Below, piece by piece: positions 36,392 to 47,659 of a stretch of 64,000 bases of DNA. Each line of letters opens with the position of its first letter. The first letter of the stretch is position 1. The translations under genes and the position numbers were made by a program. Location of the stretch: the NCBI GenBank assembly GCA_963837425.1, contig CAWINH010000002.1, forward strand, positions 425,344 through 489,343, in the 5' to 3' direction. The notes beneath the pieces were generated by a model. The model was not told the DNA's origin, ran no database searches, and was given only the letters and a program-made list of their open reading frames with translations. This stretch comes from an uncultured Chloroflexia bacterium. Lineage in GTDB: Bacteria; Chloroflexota; Limnocylindria; QHBO01.

Positions 36392-38231
36392 ATGACGACC
36401 GTCACCCTCAGCCCACCACGCTCCCTCTTCCTGCCCGGAGCCACCCGGCGCGGCTTCCTGCCGGGCTTCTCCGGGACCCTGCTCGTGGGCCTCTTCCTCC
36501 TGGTTGGCCTCTCGATCGGCCTCGCGCTCGCGTACGAGGGCCGGGTGATGCCCGGCGTGCGGGTCGCAGGCGTGGAGTCGGCGGGCTGGACCGCGCCGCG
36601 GCCGAGACGAGGCTCCGCGATGAGCGGCCCTCGCTGGGCGCCGGGCGCGCCGCGGTGGTGGTCGACGGGACGCCCGCCAGCGTCGCGTACGAGGCGCTCG
36701 GGCGCGGCCACCAGATCACGACGCTCGATGCCGCCTCGCCGTGACGCGTACGGCGGGAATCCCCGAGCCATGGGCCGCCCGCTCCGCCCCCCTTTCATCC
36801 GACTGCGCTGGCGCGACCGCCCATGGCTATCACCCAGATGCCATCGACGCGGCGGCGGCCCGCATCGTCAATGAGTTCGCCACCCGCCCGGTCAGCGCCG
36901 GCGTCCGGGACGACCCGAGAGGGGGTATGTCGTGACCCCGGCCCCGCCGGGCCACGCTCTGGATGCCGACGCCCTCCGCACCGCACTGGCGGCGGCGGTG
37001 ACCCAGGACGGCCCGGCAGTGAGCGTCGCCATCACCACACCAGCACCGACCCTCTGGTGAGCACCGTAGACGCTGACGCGGCCGCCGCGGCCCGCGCGCA
37101 TGAGCGCCGACCCTCCACCGCGGCCTCGGCGGCACCTCGTTCGCCCTCGACGCGGCGACCCTCCGCGGCCTCGTCCATTTCGGGTGGCCCCGACGCAGAT
37201 CGGCCGGTCGTCGACCGAGAGGCCCTGCGGGCGTGGCCAGCGATCACGCGCCGAAGTGGCCGGGGATGCCAGGACGCCGGCTTCACGTGGGGCGCCAAGG
37301 GGGTCGCCGAGGTGACGCCGGGGGTCGAGGGCAGGAGCTCGACATCGACCCAGCATGCCGGCGGTGCGGGCGCGCTCGCCACCCGCGCCCGGGGCGCCCG
37401 CCGGGGCCGCCGCGCTGGCTACGACCGCCATCCAGCCGGCGCTGACAACGGCGGGGGCTCAGGCCGCGGCGGACAGAAAGATCCGCCTCTCGACGTGGAC
37501 CACCTACTACGTGCCGGGGACCGGCAACTACTGGGGCGCGAACATCAGCATCCCGGCCAAGGACCTTGACAAGATGGTGATCGCGCCCGGCGAGTGGTTC
37601 GGCTTCTGGGACGACATCGGGACCGTCACCATCGATCGCGGCTACGGCTATGGCGGCGCGATCATCGGCGGCAGGAGCGTCGCCAGCGGCGCCCTGGCCG
37701 GCGGAATCTGCTCGACATCCACCACCCTCTTCAACGCGGCGATGCGGGCCGGCCTCGAGATCGGCGATCGGACGAACCACTACTACTACATCTCGCGCTA
37801 CCCGACGGGCCTCGACGCGACGGTCTTCCAGACCGATACGTACGAGGTGAACATGACGTTCCGCAACGACACGCCGGACCCGATCGTGATCCGCAGCTAC
37901 ACCGGTCGGGGATGGGTGCGCTTCGACATCTGGGGCGTGCCGACCGGGCGGACCGTGACCCTCAGCACGCCGGTCATCAGAACCCGCGCTCCGCCGCGAC
38001 ACCACGGTCCTCGACCCGAGCCTCAAGCCGGGAACCTCGGTGCGGGTCGAGTACCCGCACGACGGCTTCGATGCCACCGTCACCCGGACGGTGACCGACG
38101 CGGACGGCACCGTCATCTGGAAGAACGTCTGGTTCAGCCACTACAGCGCGGTGAACGGCATCACCGACGTCGGGCCGGCGAAGCCGAAGCCGACCCCGTC
38201 CGCAACCCCGGAGCCCTCCCCCGGGGCCTAG
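36392..38231 (+). CDS. VanW family protein (N-terminal TM, central region, VanW domain, C-terminal G5-like), fragmented
   Basis: MTTVTLSPP...TLLVGLFLLVGLSIGLALAYEGRVMPGVRVAGV... VanW domain: GGAIIGGRSVASGALAGGICSTSTTLFNAAMRAGLEIGDRTNHYYYISRYPTGLDATVFQTDTYEVNMTFRNDTPDPIVIRSY. C-terminus: VEYPHDGFDATVTRTVTDADGTVIWKNVWFSHYSAVNGITDVGP. Confidence 0.7.
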
Positions 38232-38245
38232 CTCAGCGGGACCGC

Positions 38246-39202
38246 TCAGGCGGGCGCCGCCGCGGCGAGGTCGGCGAGCCACTCCGTCACTCCGGCCCGC
38301 CAGTCCCACTCGTCGGGGTCCGTGACGAGGCGGCCCACCTCGCGCCAGATGAGCGCTCGTCCGACCATCGCCAGCCAGCGCGCGCGCGCCACCTCCTCCT
38401 CGAGGTCGACGCGCCCGAGCCGGGAGCGCCACGGTTCGAGGTACGCGTCGCGGAGGCGCCGCAGCTCCGGGCCGTGCTCGTCCATGCCGAACCGATCCGC
38501 GATGCTGCGGAGGGTGACGAGCAGGCTGCCGAACGGGTGGCCGATGCAGGCGTCACCCCAGTCGACGATGCGATAGCTCGAGCCGCCCTCGACCAGGACG
38601 TTCCCGTCATGGAGGTCGTCGTGCTGGATCGTGGCCGGGGCACCGCTCCCGGACAGCTCGCCCGCCACCCGGCGCACGACGGGCGCGGCGCGACGCGCAC
38701 CATCCGACCCGGCTGCCGCGGGATCGTCGAGCAACGCGGTGAGCAGCTCGGGCAGCCGATGCGGCCTGCGGTCGAGGGCGCCGGCCTCCAGCAGCGCCTC
38801 GGCGAGCGGTGCGGCGGCCAGCTGGAGCTCAGCGTAGCGCGGCAGGATCCGCTCCCAGTGCGCGAGGTCGGGATCGCGCTCGAGTCGATCGCGCAGCCGC
38901 TCGCCGGCGTACGGGATCAGCATCCGCCGCCGGCTCGCGTCCGCCGCCAGCGGCCGGAGGACGAGGGACGGGGCGAGCTCCGCGAGGATGCCGGTCAGGC
39001 CGGCGTCGTTGGCCATGCTCGCCGCGGTCTCCTTGGCGAACCGCGGTCCGTCGTCGGTCGGCAGCTCGAGAACGATCGACCACGGGCGGTCGCGGGGGCT
39101 CGGCGGCCCGGTACGACGGAGGCCCGCCTCGGCGAGGCGGGCATCGGTCCAGGCCAGCATCGGCTCGAGCCAGTCGGGGCTCCGCCAGGGGGGTGCGGGC
39201 AT
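38246..39202 (-). CDS. Phosphotransferase (APH / aminoglycoside-kinase family)
   Basis: 318 aa, intact. Brenner-type motif [37 protein letters not shown]. Confidence 0.75.
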   Translation of the reverse strand: MPAPPWRSPDWLEPMLAWTDARLAEAGLRRTGPPSPRDRPWSIVLELPTDDGPRFAKETAASMANDAGLTGILAELAPSLVLRPLAADASRRRMLIPYAGERLRDRLERDPDLAHWERILPRYAELQLAAAPLAEALLEAGALDRRPHRLPELLTALLDDPAAAGSDGARRAAPVVRRVAGELSGSGAPATIQHDDLHDGNVLVEGGSSYRIVDWGDACIGHPFGSLLVTLRSIADRFGMDEHGPELRRLRDAYLEPWRSRLGRVDLEEEVARARWLAMVGRALIWREVGRLVTDPDEWDWRAGVTEWLADLAAAAPA

Positions 39203-39261
39203 GCATGGAGTATGGCGCCCGGCTCAGCCCCCTCGCGCGGCATCCGCTACCCTTCGGCCCG

Positions 39262-41078
39262 GTGATTCCCCGGGAGCGCATCCGCAATTTCAGCATCGTG
39301 GCCCACATCGACCACGGCAAGTCGACGCTGGCCGATCGGCTCCTCGAGCTGACCGCACACGATCGACGCGCGGCAGATGACGAGCCAGGTGCTCGACTCG
39401 ATGGACCTCGAGCGGGAGAAGGGGATCACGATCAAGGCCCGCGCCGTCCGGCTCCACTACGACGCGGCCGACGGTCAGACGTACGCGCTGAACCTGATCG
39501 ACACGCCGGGTCACGTGGACTTCACCTACGAGGTGAGCCGCTCGCTGCAGGCCTGCGAGGGGGCCGTGCTGGTCGTCGACGCCAGCCAGGGGATCGAGGC
39601 CCAGACCCTGGCCAACGTGCACCTGGCGATGGCGCAGCAGCTCGACGATCATCCCGGTCATCAACAAGATCGACCTGCCGAGCGCCGACGTCGAGATGGT
39701 GCTCGGCGAGCTCGAGGACACGCTCGGCCATCCCGCGCGAGGAGGTGCTCCTCGTCTCCGCCAAGGAGGGTCGCGGGATCGGCGAGGTCCTCGAGGCGAT
39801 CGTGAGCCGCGTCCCGCCGCCGGGGGGAGACCCGGCCGCCCCGCTCCAGGCGCTCGTCTTCGACAGCCACTACGACACGTACAAGGGGGTGGTCGCCTAC
39901 GTGCGGCTCGCGAACGGGACGCTTCACGATCACGAACGGATCCGGTTCATGGCCACCGACCGCCGAGAGCGAGATCCTCGAGCTCGGCTATTTCCGGCCG
40001 CAGCCGGTCCCGACCCGCAGCCTGACCGCCGGCGAGGTCGGGTACGTGGCCTCGGGCCTGAAGAGCATCGCCGATGCCCGGGTGGGTGACACCCTGACCG
40101 ATGCCGACCACCCGGCGCCGGTTTCCCTGCCCGGCTACAAGCAGGCCCTGCCACTCGTGTTCGCCGGGATCTATCCGTTGCGCGGCGACGAGTACCCGCT
40201 CCTGCGCGACGCGCTCGAGCGGCTCCACCTCAACGACGCGAGCTTCGTCTACGAGCCGGAGTCGAGCGTGGCGCTCGGCTTCGGCTTCCGGTGCGGCTTC
40301 CTGGGCCTGCTCCACATGGAGATCGTCCAGGAGCGCCTCGAGCGCGAGTTCGACCTGGAGCTCATCGCCTCCGCGCCAAGCGTCGAGTACCGGGTCACGC
40401 GCCTGAACCGCCCGGGCGAGGTCGTCGTCGACAACCCGGCCCAGATGCCGCCCGCCGGCGAGATCGAGACGATCAGCGAGCCCTGGGTGGCGGCCCAGGT
40501 CATCACCCCCACCGACTACATCGGCCCGATCATGGAGCTCGCCACCGGCCGCCGCGGCGAGTTCGGCACGATGGAGTACCTCGATCCGCGGCGCGTCAAC
40601 CTCCATTTCGAGCTGCCGCTGGCCGAGCTGATCGTGGACTTCTACGACCTGCTGAAGAGCCGCTCGTCGGGCTACGCCAGCCTCGACTACACGTACGTCG
40701 GCTACCGGCCCGGTGACCTCGTGAAGCTCGACGTGCTGGTCGCGGGCGAGCCGGTGGACGCACTGTCGCTGATCGTCCATCGCGTCGAATGCGTTCCGGA
40801 TCGGGAAGGCGCTCGTCGCCAAGCTGCGGGAGCTCATTCCGCGCCAGCTGTTCGAAGTGCCGGTCCAGGCCGCCATCGGCTCGCATATCATCAGCCGCGA
40901 GACGGTCCGCGCCATGCGCAAGAACGTCCTGGCCAAGTGCTACGGCGGGGACGTGACCCGCAAGCGCAAGCTGCTCGAGAAGCAGAAGGAGGGCAAGCAG
41001 CGGATGAAGCGGATCGGCTCGGTCGAGATCCCGCAGGAAGCGTTCCTGGCGGTGCTCCGCATGAACGAGGCGCCATAG
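39262..41078 (+). CDS. lepA: Elongation factor 4 (LepA), several frame switches
   Basis: [25 protein letters not shown] ... [28 protein letters not shown] ... [47 protein letters not shown] ... C-terminus [50 protein letters not shown]. Confidence 0.9.
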
Positions 41079-41081
41079 CCC

Positions 41082-41749
41082 GTGAACTTCGAGGAATCGC
41101 TGCGACTGTCGATCGCCCTGGGGCTGACGATCTTCCTCGTCCTGCTCCGCTTCGACTCGGAGCGGATCATGCGCTCGGACTACTTCCGCTACCGGACGCC
41201 GTGGCTCGGCCCGGTCAGCTACTACGCGCTGGTGGTCGCATTCACGATCGGGATCGTCGTCATCCTGCCCCAGGGACGCGCGACCCTCTTCCTGGCGCCC
41301 GGCGAGGCCGGCTCACTTCTGCCGATCATGTTCTGGTTCAGCGCGGTGGCGATCCTCGGGGCGATCGCCTTCGCCTTCCTCCGCTACCGCGGGCTCCTCC
41401 CGCTGCCGGTGCCGCTGCTGCCGTCGCGACTGATCGGGGCGGGGGCCTCCGCGGTCGCCGACGAGCTCCAGTTCCGCTCGATCGTGCTGGGCATCCTCAT
41501 CTTCGCCGACCTCCCCGGCGGGACGAACTGGCGATCCTCCTGCAGGCGCTCCTCTACGGCCTCGCCCAGCGCCGGCTGTGGAAGGAGCGCGACTGGTTCT
41601 TCCTGGCGGTCGCGGTGCTCCTCGGGTACGCCGCCGGCCTGGCGACGGTGGCTGCCGGCTCGGTGCTGCCGGCCATGGTCGGCCACTTCGCGGTGAGCGC
41701 CGCGCTCTTCGGATTCGCCGGCGGCAGGTTGCGCCAGCGACCGATCTGA
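41082..41749 (+). CDS. CPBP family intramembrane metalloprotease (CAAX protease/Abi), one frame switch near 41520
   Basis: GTG start. TM helices. Motifs SAVADELQFRSIVLG and, in the shifted frame, ...LPAMVGHFAVSAALFGF. Confidence 0.6.
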
Positions 41750-41767
41750 CGACCGGTCGCGCCCGAG

Positions 41768-42929
41768 ATGGGCTCCCATCACGTCTACCTCCACGTGCCG
41801 TTCTGCCGGCTCGTCTGCGCCTACTGCGACTTCGTCACGGTCGGCGGGCGCGCGGCGACGATCCCGCGCTACGTGGACGCGCTCCTCTCCGAGCTGGCGC
41901 TGCGCGAGGCGCAGGGCCACCTCGACACGATCTACTTCGGGGGCGGCACCCCCTCGCTCCTGCCCGCGTCGAGCGTCGGGCGGCTGGTGGCCGCGGTCGC
42001 GGACCGCTGGGGCGACGTGCCGGCCGAGATCAGCCTGGAGGCGAACCCGAGCGCGCGCGAGGCGCCGGACTGGGTGGGCCTGCGAGCGGCGGGCGTCAAC
42101 CGACTGTCGCTCGGCATCCAGTCGCTGCGGGATGATGAGCTCCGGGCACTGGCCCGCGGTCACTCCGCGTCCGAGGGCCGCTCCGCATTCGCCGCCGCTC
42201 GACGAGCGGGGTTCGACAACGTCAGCCTCGACCTCATCTACGGGATTCCCGGCCAGTCGCCGAGGGCTGGCGAGCCGGCCTGGCCGATGCAATCGCGCTC
42301 GAGCCCGATCACCTCTCTCTCTACGCGCTGTCCCTGGCTCTCGCGCCCGACGAGTGGGCCGCGCCGCCGCGTCCTGGGGCGCTCCGCTGGCGACGGCGGC
42401 TGGCGGCCCGCCAGGACGATGACCTCGTGGCCGATGCCTACCGGCTCGCCGAGGAGCTGCTCGCCGCAGCCGGCTACCTCCACTACGAGCTCTCGTCATG
42501 GGCCCGTCCGGGGCGCGAGTCGCAGCACAACGGCGCGTACTGGGCGCGACGCCCGTACACCGGGCTCGGCGCCGGCGCCCACTCCTGGGATGGTGCGGGC
42601 CGCAGCTGGAACACGCGCGACCTCGACGCGTACCTCGCCGCGGTGGAGGCGGGGGAGCGCCCGATCGAGGGGCGCGAGGTGCTCGACGAGGGCACCCGCG
42701 CGTTCGAGGCGGTCGCGCTCGGGCTGCGGCGGGTCGCCGGGGTCAGCCGGCGCGCTTTCGCCGGGAATTCGGTGCGGACCCGCTGACTCGCTACGCGACC
42801 GCCGTCGCGGATGGGGAACGTGCCGGATTGCTTGAGGTGGCCGGCGACGTCCTGCGCCTGACGCGGCGCGGCCGGCTGCTCGCCAACGACGCGCTGGTCG
42901 GATTCCTGCCGGCCGCCGTCCCGGCCTGA
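41768..42929 (+). CDS. hemW: Radical SAM heme chaperone HemW (HemN-like coproporphyrinogen III oxidase family), fragmented
   Basis: HVYLHVPFCRLVCAYCDFVT ... IYFGGGTPSLL ... LEANPSAREAPDWVGLRAAGVNRLSLGIQSLRDDELRALARGH ... HLSLYALSLA ... HYELSSWARPGRESQHNGAYW. Classic position downstream of lepA. Confidence 0.85.
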
Positions 42930-42946
42930 CCGTGCCGGCCGCGACG

Positions 42947-42976
42947 TTGACAGCTCTCGGACGCGGTTGGTACCAT
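42947..42976 (+). promoter_or_regulatory. Sigma-A-type promoter of the hrcA-grpE-dnaK operon (TTGACA-N18-TACCAT)
   Basis: TTGACA at 42947-42952, an 18-nt spacer, and TACCAT at 42971-42976, 13 nt upstream of the CIRCE element. Confidence 0.5.
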
Positions 42977-42989
42977 TCCGAGACCCCTG

Positions 42990-43016
42990 TTAGCACTCTC
43001 GGCATCAGAGTGCTAA
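42990..43016. promoter_or_regulatory. CIRCE operator (HrcA binding site), perfect consensus TTAGCACTC-N9-GAGTGCTAA
   Basis: TTAGCACTCTCGGCATCAGAGTGCTAA, 37 bp upstream of the hrcA start. Confidence 0.9.
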
Positions 43017-43053
43017 CGCGAGCGAGCGGAGGCATGGCCAGGCGAGACGACAC

Positions 43054-44160
43054 ATGGTGGACGAGCAGGCAGTCGAGCGAGAATCGAACACGCACCGGCC
43101 CGCGGTTGAGCTGACCGAGCGCCAGCGGATCGTGCTGCGCGCCGTCGTCGAGGATTACCTGCGCAGCGCCACCCCGGTCGGCTCCAAGGTGCTCGTGAGC
43201 CGATACCGGCTGGCAGTCAGCTCGGCGACGGTGCGCTCGGCCATGGCGGAGCTCGAGGCGCTGGGGCTGCTGAGCCATCCGCACACGAGCGCCGGGCGCG
43301 TGCCCTCCGACCTCGGGTATCGAATCTACGTCGAGTCGCTCATGCACGAGGCGACGCTCGACGAGGCGGACCAGCTCATGATCCGACACCAGTTCAGCCA
43401 GGTGCAGCTGACGAGCAATGAATGGCTGCGCCTGGCCGCATCGATCCTTGCCGGGAGCACCCGCTCGGCATCCGTCGTGACCCCCGCACGCGCGCGGCGC
43501 GCGCGGTTCGGCCACGTCCAGCTCGTCGAGCTCGCCGACCATGCGCGGCTCTGCGTCCTGGTCCTGACCGACGGCAACGTCGTCCAGCGTCGGTTCGACC
43601 CCGGGCAACTGGATCGCCTCTCCTCGGGCTCGGAGATCGCCCAAGCCGACCTCGACACGGTGGCCGCCGCCCTGAACGCCGAGCTGGCGGGCGCATCGGC
43701 GCCGCAGGTTCGTCGCCGCGCCGGGAAGCTTGGGCCGGTGGCGCAGCATGCGGCCGAGGTCATCGCCGGGCTCCTCGAGGAAGAAGACGGAATCGTGGTG
43801 GAGGACATCTTCACCGACGGCATCGTCAACGTCCTCGAGCAGCCGGAGTTTGCCGAGGGCGCAAAGATGCGGGGGATTCTCGAGGTCCTGCAGCGGTCGG
43901 ACTTCCTCGAGCAGCTCGTTCCGGTGCTGGCCCGGAATCGCGGCGTGCACGTCATCATCGGCCACGAGAACGCGAACGACGCGATGCACGAGGTGAGCCT
44001 CGTCTTCGCTCCCTACGGGGCCCCGGATCGGGCGCTCGGCCTGCTCGGCGTGCTGGGCCCCACGAGGATGCCGTACCCGCGCGCGATTCCAACCGTGCGC
44101 TACCTGTCGGTCCTCATGAACGAGCTGATCAACAGCCACTGGGGGGAGACGTATGACTGA
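43054..44160 (+). CDS. hrcA: Heat-inducible transcription repressor HrcA
   Basis: LTERQRIVLRAVVEDYLRSATPVGSKVLVSRYRLAVSSATVRSAMAELEALGLLSHPHTSAGRVPSDLGYRIYV... 368 aa, intact. CIRCE upstream. Confidence 0.9.
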   Translation: MVDEQAVERESNTHRPAVELTERQRIVLRAVVEDYLRSATPVGSKVLVSRYRLAVSSATVRSAMAELEALGLLSHPHTSAGRVPSDLGYRIYVESLMHEATLDEADQLMIRHQFSQVQLTSNEWLRLAASILAGSTRSASVVTPARARRARFGHVQLVELADHARLCVLVLTDGNVVQRRFDPGQLDRLSSGSEIAQADLDTVAAALNAELAGASAPQVRRRAGKLGPVAQHAAEVIAGLLEEEDGIVVEDIFTDGIVNVLEQPEFAEGAKMRGILEVLQRSDFLEQLVPVLARNRGVHVIIGHENANDAMHEVSLVFAPYGAPDRALGLLGVLGPTRMPYPRAIPTVRYLSVLMNELINSHWGETYD

Positions 44161-44704
44161 GCACCCGACGAACGGCGCCGAGGAGCGGGGAGGTGGACGC
44201 GGCGCGTCGCGCGCGGAGCTGACGAAGCAGGTCGCCGAGCTGCAGGCTGCGCTCGAGGCGGCGCAGGGAGAGGGCGAGGAGCACCTCCGCAGCTGGCAGC
44301 GCGCGGTGGCCGACTACACGAACTACAAGCGACGGACCGAGGAGGAGCGCGAAGTCGTGGCGCAGTTCTCCACGGCGCTCCTCATCGGCAAGCTGCTGAC
44401 GGTCCTCGACGACTTCGACCGAGCCCTCGAGCACGTCCCGTCGGACGAGCATCCCGCCTGGGTCGACGGCATCCGGCTGGTGGAGCGCAAGCTGCGTGGC
44501 GTCCTCGAGTCCGAGGGCGTCACCGCCATCGAGTCCGTCGGACAGCCGTTTGACCCGAATCTCCACGAGGCGGTCGTCCACGAGGAGACCACCGACCACC
44601 CCGACAACCACGTCATCGGCGAGCTGCAGCGCGGATACCGGCTCCACGACCGGGTCCTGCGCCCGGCGCTCGTCCGAGTTGCGAACAACCCGAAGGAGCA
44701 GTAA
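44153..44704 (+). CDS. grpE: Nucleotide exchange factor GrpE
   Basis: 183 aa. ...LRSWQRAVADYTNYKRRTEEEREVVAQFSTALLIGKLLTVLDDFDRALEH ... position between hrcA and dnaK. Confidence 0.9.
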   Translation: MTEHPTNGAEERGGGRGASRAELTKQVAELQAALEAAQGEGEEHLRSWQRAVADYTNYKRRTEEEREVVAQFSTALLIGKLLTVLDDFDRALEHVPSDEHPAWVDGIRLVERKLRGVLESEGVTAIESVGQPFDPNLHEAVVHEETTDHPDNHVIGELQRGYRLHDRVLRPALVRVANNPKEQ

Positions 44705-44710
44705 CCGGCA

Positions 44711-46640
44711 ATGGGCAAGATCATCGGCATTGACCTGGGCACCACCAACTCGGCGGTTGCCGTCATGGAGGGCGGCGAGCCACAGGTCATCACGAACGCG
44801 GAGGGCGGGCGCATCACCCCGTCGGTCGTCGGCTTCGCCAAGAGCGGCGAGCGGCTCGTCGGCCAGGTGGCGAAGCGCCAGGCGATCACGAACCCGGAGA
44901 ACACGATCTTCTCCATCAAGCGCTTCATGGGGCGTCGCTGGGACGACCCCGAGGTCCAGCGCAGCAAGGACCTCGTGCCCTACACGGTGGAGAAGGATCC
45001 GAAGTCCGACGGCGTGATCGTGACCCTCGCCAACGGCAAGGCCTTCAGCCCGCCGGAGATCAGCGCCATGATCCTCCAGAAGATGAAGGGTGACGCCGAG
45101 GCATACCTCGGCGAGAAGGTCACCGAGGCGGTGATCACCGTGCCGGCCTACTTCGACGACACCCAGCGCCAGGCCACGAAAGACGCCGGGCGGATTGCCG
45201 GGCTGGACGTCAAGCGCATCGTGAACGAGCCGACCGCATCGGCCCTGGCCTACGGCCTGGATAAGACCGTGGACGAGAAGATCGCGGTCTACGACCTCGG
45301 CGGCGGGACGTTCGACATCAGCATCCTCGAGCTGTCGGAGGGCGTCTTCGAGGTCCGCTCCACGAACGGCGACACTCACCTCGGCGGTGACGACTTCGAC
45401 CAGCGCGTGATCGACTGGCTGATCTCCGAGTTCAAGAAGGACCAGGGGATCGACCTGTCCAAGGATCGGATCGCTCTGCAGCGCCTCAAGGAGGCCGCCG
45501 AGAAGGCGAAGATCGAGCTCTCCTCGACGACCCAGACCGAGATCAACCTGCCGTTCATCAGCGCCGACGCCTCCGGTCCCAAGCACCTGGTCATGACCCT
45601 GTCGCGGGCCAAGCTCGAGGACCTCGTCGCCGATCTCATCAAGCAGACCGAGGGTCCCGTCAGGCAGGCGATGTCGGACGCCAGCCTGAAGGCCACCGAG
45701 ATCGACGAGGTGATCCTCGTGGGCGGCATGACCCGCATGCCGGCGGTCGTCGAGGCGGTGAAGGCGCTCTTCGGTGGCAAGGAGCCGCACAAGGGCGTGA
45801 ACCCCGACGAGGTTGTCGCAGTGGGCGCCGCCATCCAGGCCGGGGTCCTGGGCGGCGAGGTCAAGGACGTCCTGCTCCTCGACGTCACGCCGCTGTCGCT
45901 GGGCATCGAGACCCTGGGCGGGGTGGCCACGAAGATGATCAACCGCAACACGACGATCCCCACTTCGCACACGCAGATCTTCAGCACGGCGTCGGACAAC
46001 CAGCCGAGCGTCGACATCGTGGTCCTCCAGGGCGAGCGGGAGATGGCGGCCGACGACAAGAAGCTCGCCACCTTCCGCCTCGACGGCATCCCGCCGGCCC
46101 CGCGCGGCGTTCCACAGATCGAGGTCACCTTCGACATCGACGCGAACGGCATCCTCAACGTGACCGCCAAGGACAAGGCCACGAACAAGGAGCAGAAGGT
46201 GACGATCACTGCGAGCTCCATGCTGGCCAAGGACGACGTGGACAAGATGGTCCGCGACGCGGCGGAGCACGCGGAGGAGGACCGCAAGCGACGCGCCGAG
46301 GTCGAGTCTCGCAACGAGGCCGATGCCCTCACCTTCCAGGCCGAGCGACTGCTCAAGGACCTGGGCGACAAGGTGACCGATGAGGAGAAGGCGGAAGTCG
46401 AATCACGGATCGCGGCCGTCCGCGAGGCCCTGAACGGCGAGGACGCCGGCCCCATCGACTCGACGAAGCAGCAGCTCGCCGAGGTCCTGCAGCGGATCGG
46501 CTCGAAGGCCTACGAGGCTTCCGGGACCGATGGCGACGGCGACGGGACCGACGGCGGCGCCAGCGGGGCCCGGTGATGGCGAGGCCGCCGCCGGCGAGGA
46601 AGAGGGCGAGACGATCGAGGGCGAGTACAAGGAGGTCTGA
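44711..46640 (+). CDS. dnaK: Molecular chaperone DnaK. The listed ORF ends at 46576; the true C-terminus ...[20 protein letters not shown] is in another frame.
   Basis: [42 protein letters not shown] ... [12 protein letters not shown] ... canonical Hsp70 throughout. Confidence 0.97.
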
Positions 46641-46904
46641 TCCCCAGACCGGCCGCGTGGCTCTTGACTCTCGGTCCGCTCGGGCTGCGGCGAGTCCACG
46701 GCGCTTGGCACGCCCCTCTTCTCCGATCGCCGCACGCTCGGAGGTGGCGAGCACCTGTGTGCGCTCTGCCAGGCGAAAGTCGCGGCCCACGGCAGGCAGC
46801 GGCTCAGCGATGAGCAGGTCCGTCAGCTGATCAACAACGGCAGCATGGCGGCCATCGTCTGGGGCGGGAACCACATCTGACGCTCGATGCCTGCCTGGAA
46901 ACAA

Positions 46905-46936
46905 GGGAGCGGCCGGTTGGCCGCTCCCTCTCTGTT
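46905..46936. terminator. Bidirectional rho-independent terminator between the dnaK operon and the convergent DUF11 gene
   Basis: GGGAGCGGCC-ggtt-GGCCGCTCCC perfect 10-bp stem followed by TCTCTGTT. Confidence 0.6.
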
Positions 46937-46945
46937 CGCCGGGCT

Positions 46946-47461
46946 TCAGTGGCGACCGGCCTCGGCTGGTCGGCCGGCGATCTGGACGTCCACCCTGGCC
47001 TCGGCGTAGGACTCCGCGCCGTCAGGACCCCAGGTGACCCACCCGAGCTCGTACGCGTTGTTGCGATCGTGCCTCGGGTTGTTGAAGGTGGTGAGCACTA
47101 GGGTGAGCGTTACGCTCTGTCCCGGCGCCAGGTCCACCGTCGTGCTCGGCGGTGCGCCCACTGCGCACTCGAGTGCACCCAGCTGGGTGGCATAGGTGTT
47201 GCTGCTGCATCCCGATGCAACGTAGTTGAACCAGTCGGGAAGCCACCCGGAGACCACCACATTCTGCGCCGCGGCCTCGCCAACATTGGTGGCCGTGATC
47301 GTGAAGGTGATAGTTCTGCCCGGCTGAACGACGTGCTTGGATGCCTTGATCGTGACATTGAGATCCGCCCCGACCTGGGCAGACGTATGACCCACGAGCG
47401 CGAAGCTGCCGACCAGCATGGCCAGCACCAGGACCGTTGCACCGAATCGCGAACCACGCAT
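46946..47461 (-). CDS. Secreted DUF11 (conserved repeat domain) protein
   Basis: Signal peptide MRGSRFGATVLVLAMLVGSFALVGHTSAQ. DUF11 pattern DLNVTIKASKHVVQPGRTITFTITATNVGEAAAQNVVVSGWLPDWFNYV. Confidence 0.6.
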   Translation of the reverse strand: MRGSRFGATVLVLAMLVGSFALVGHTSAQVGADLNVTIKASKHVVQPGRTITFTITATNVGEAAAQNVVVSGWLPDWFNYVASGCSSNTYATQLGALECAVGAPPSTTVDLAPGQSVTLTLVLTTFNNPRHDRNNAYELGWVTWGPDGAESYAEARVDVQIAGRPAEAGRH

Positions 47462-47659
47462 GCTGCGCCTCTCTCCGAGAATCTCACCGCAAAGGTGGGC
47501 TGAAGCCGTGGGCGGCGAGCGCCATGGTTCCCCGGTCTTCAGCAGGCTCAGCGTTCATGATCGGGGCCGGCGCGCGGCTGTCACCTGCCGAAGGTCGGCG
47601 CGGCAAGAGCCGTTCGTCTCATCCGATGGCGCTTCGCGTGCCGAAGACAGGGGCCCCGG

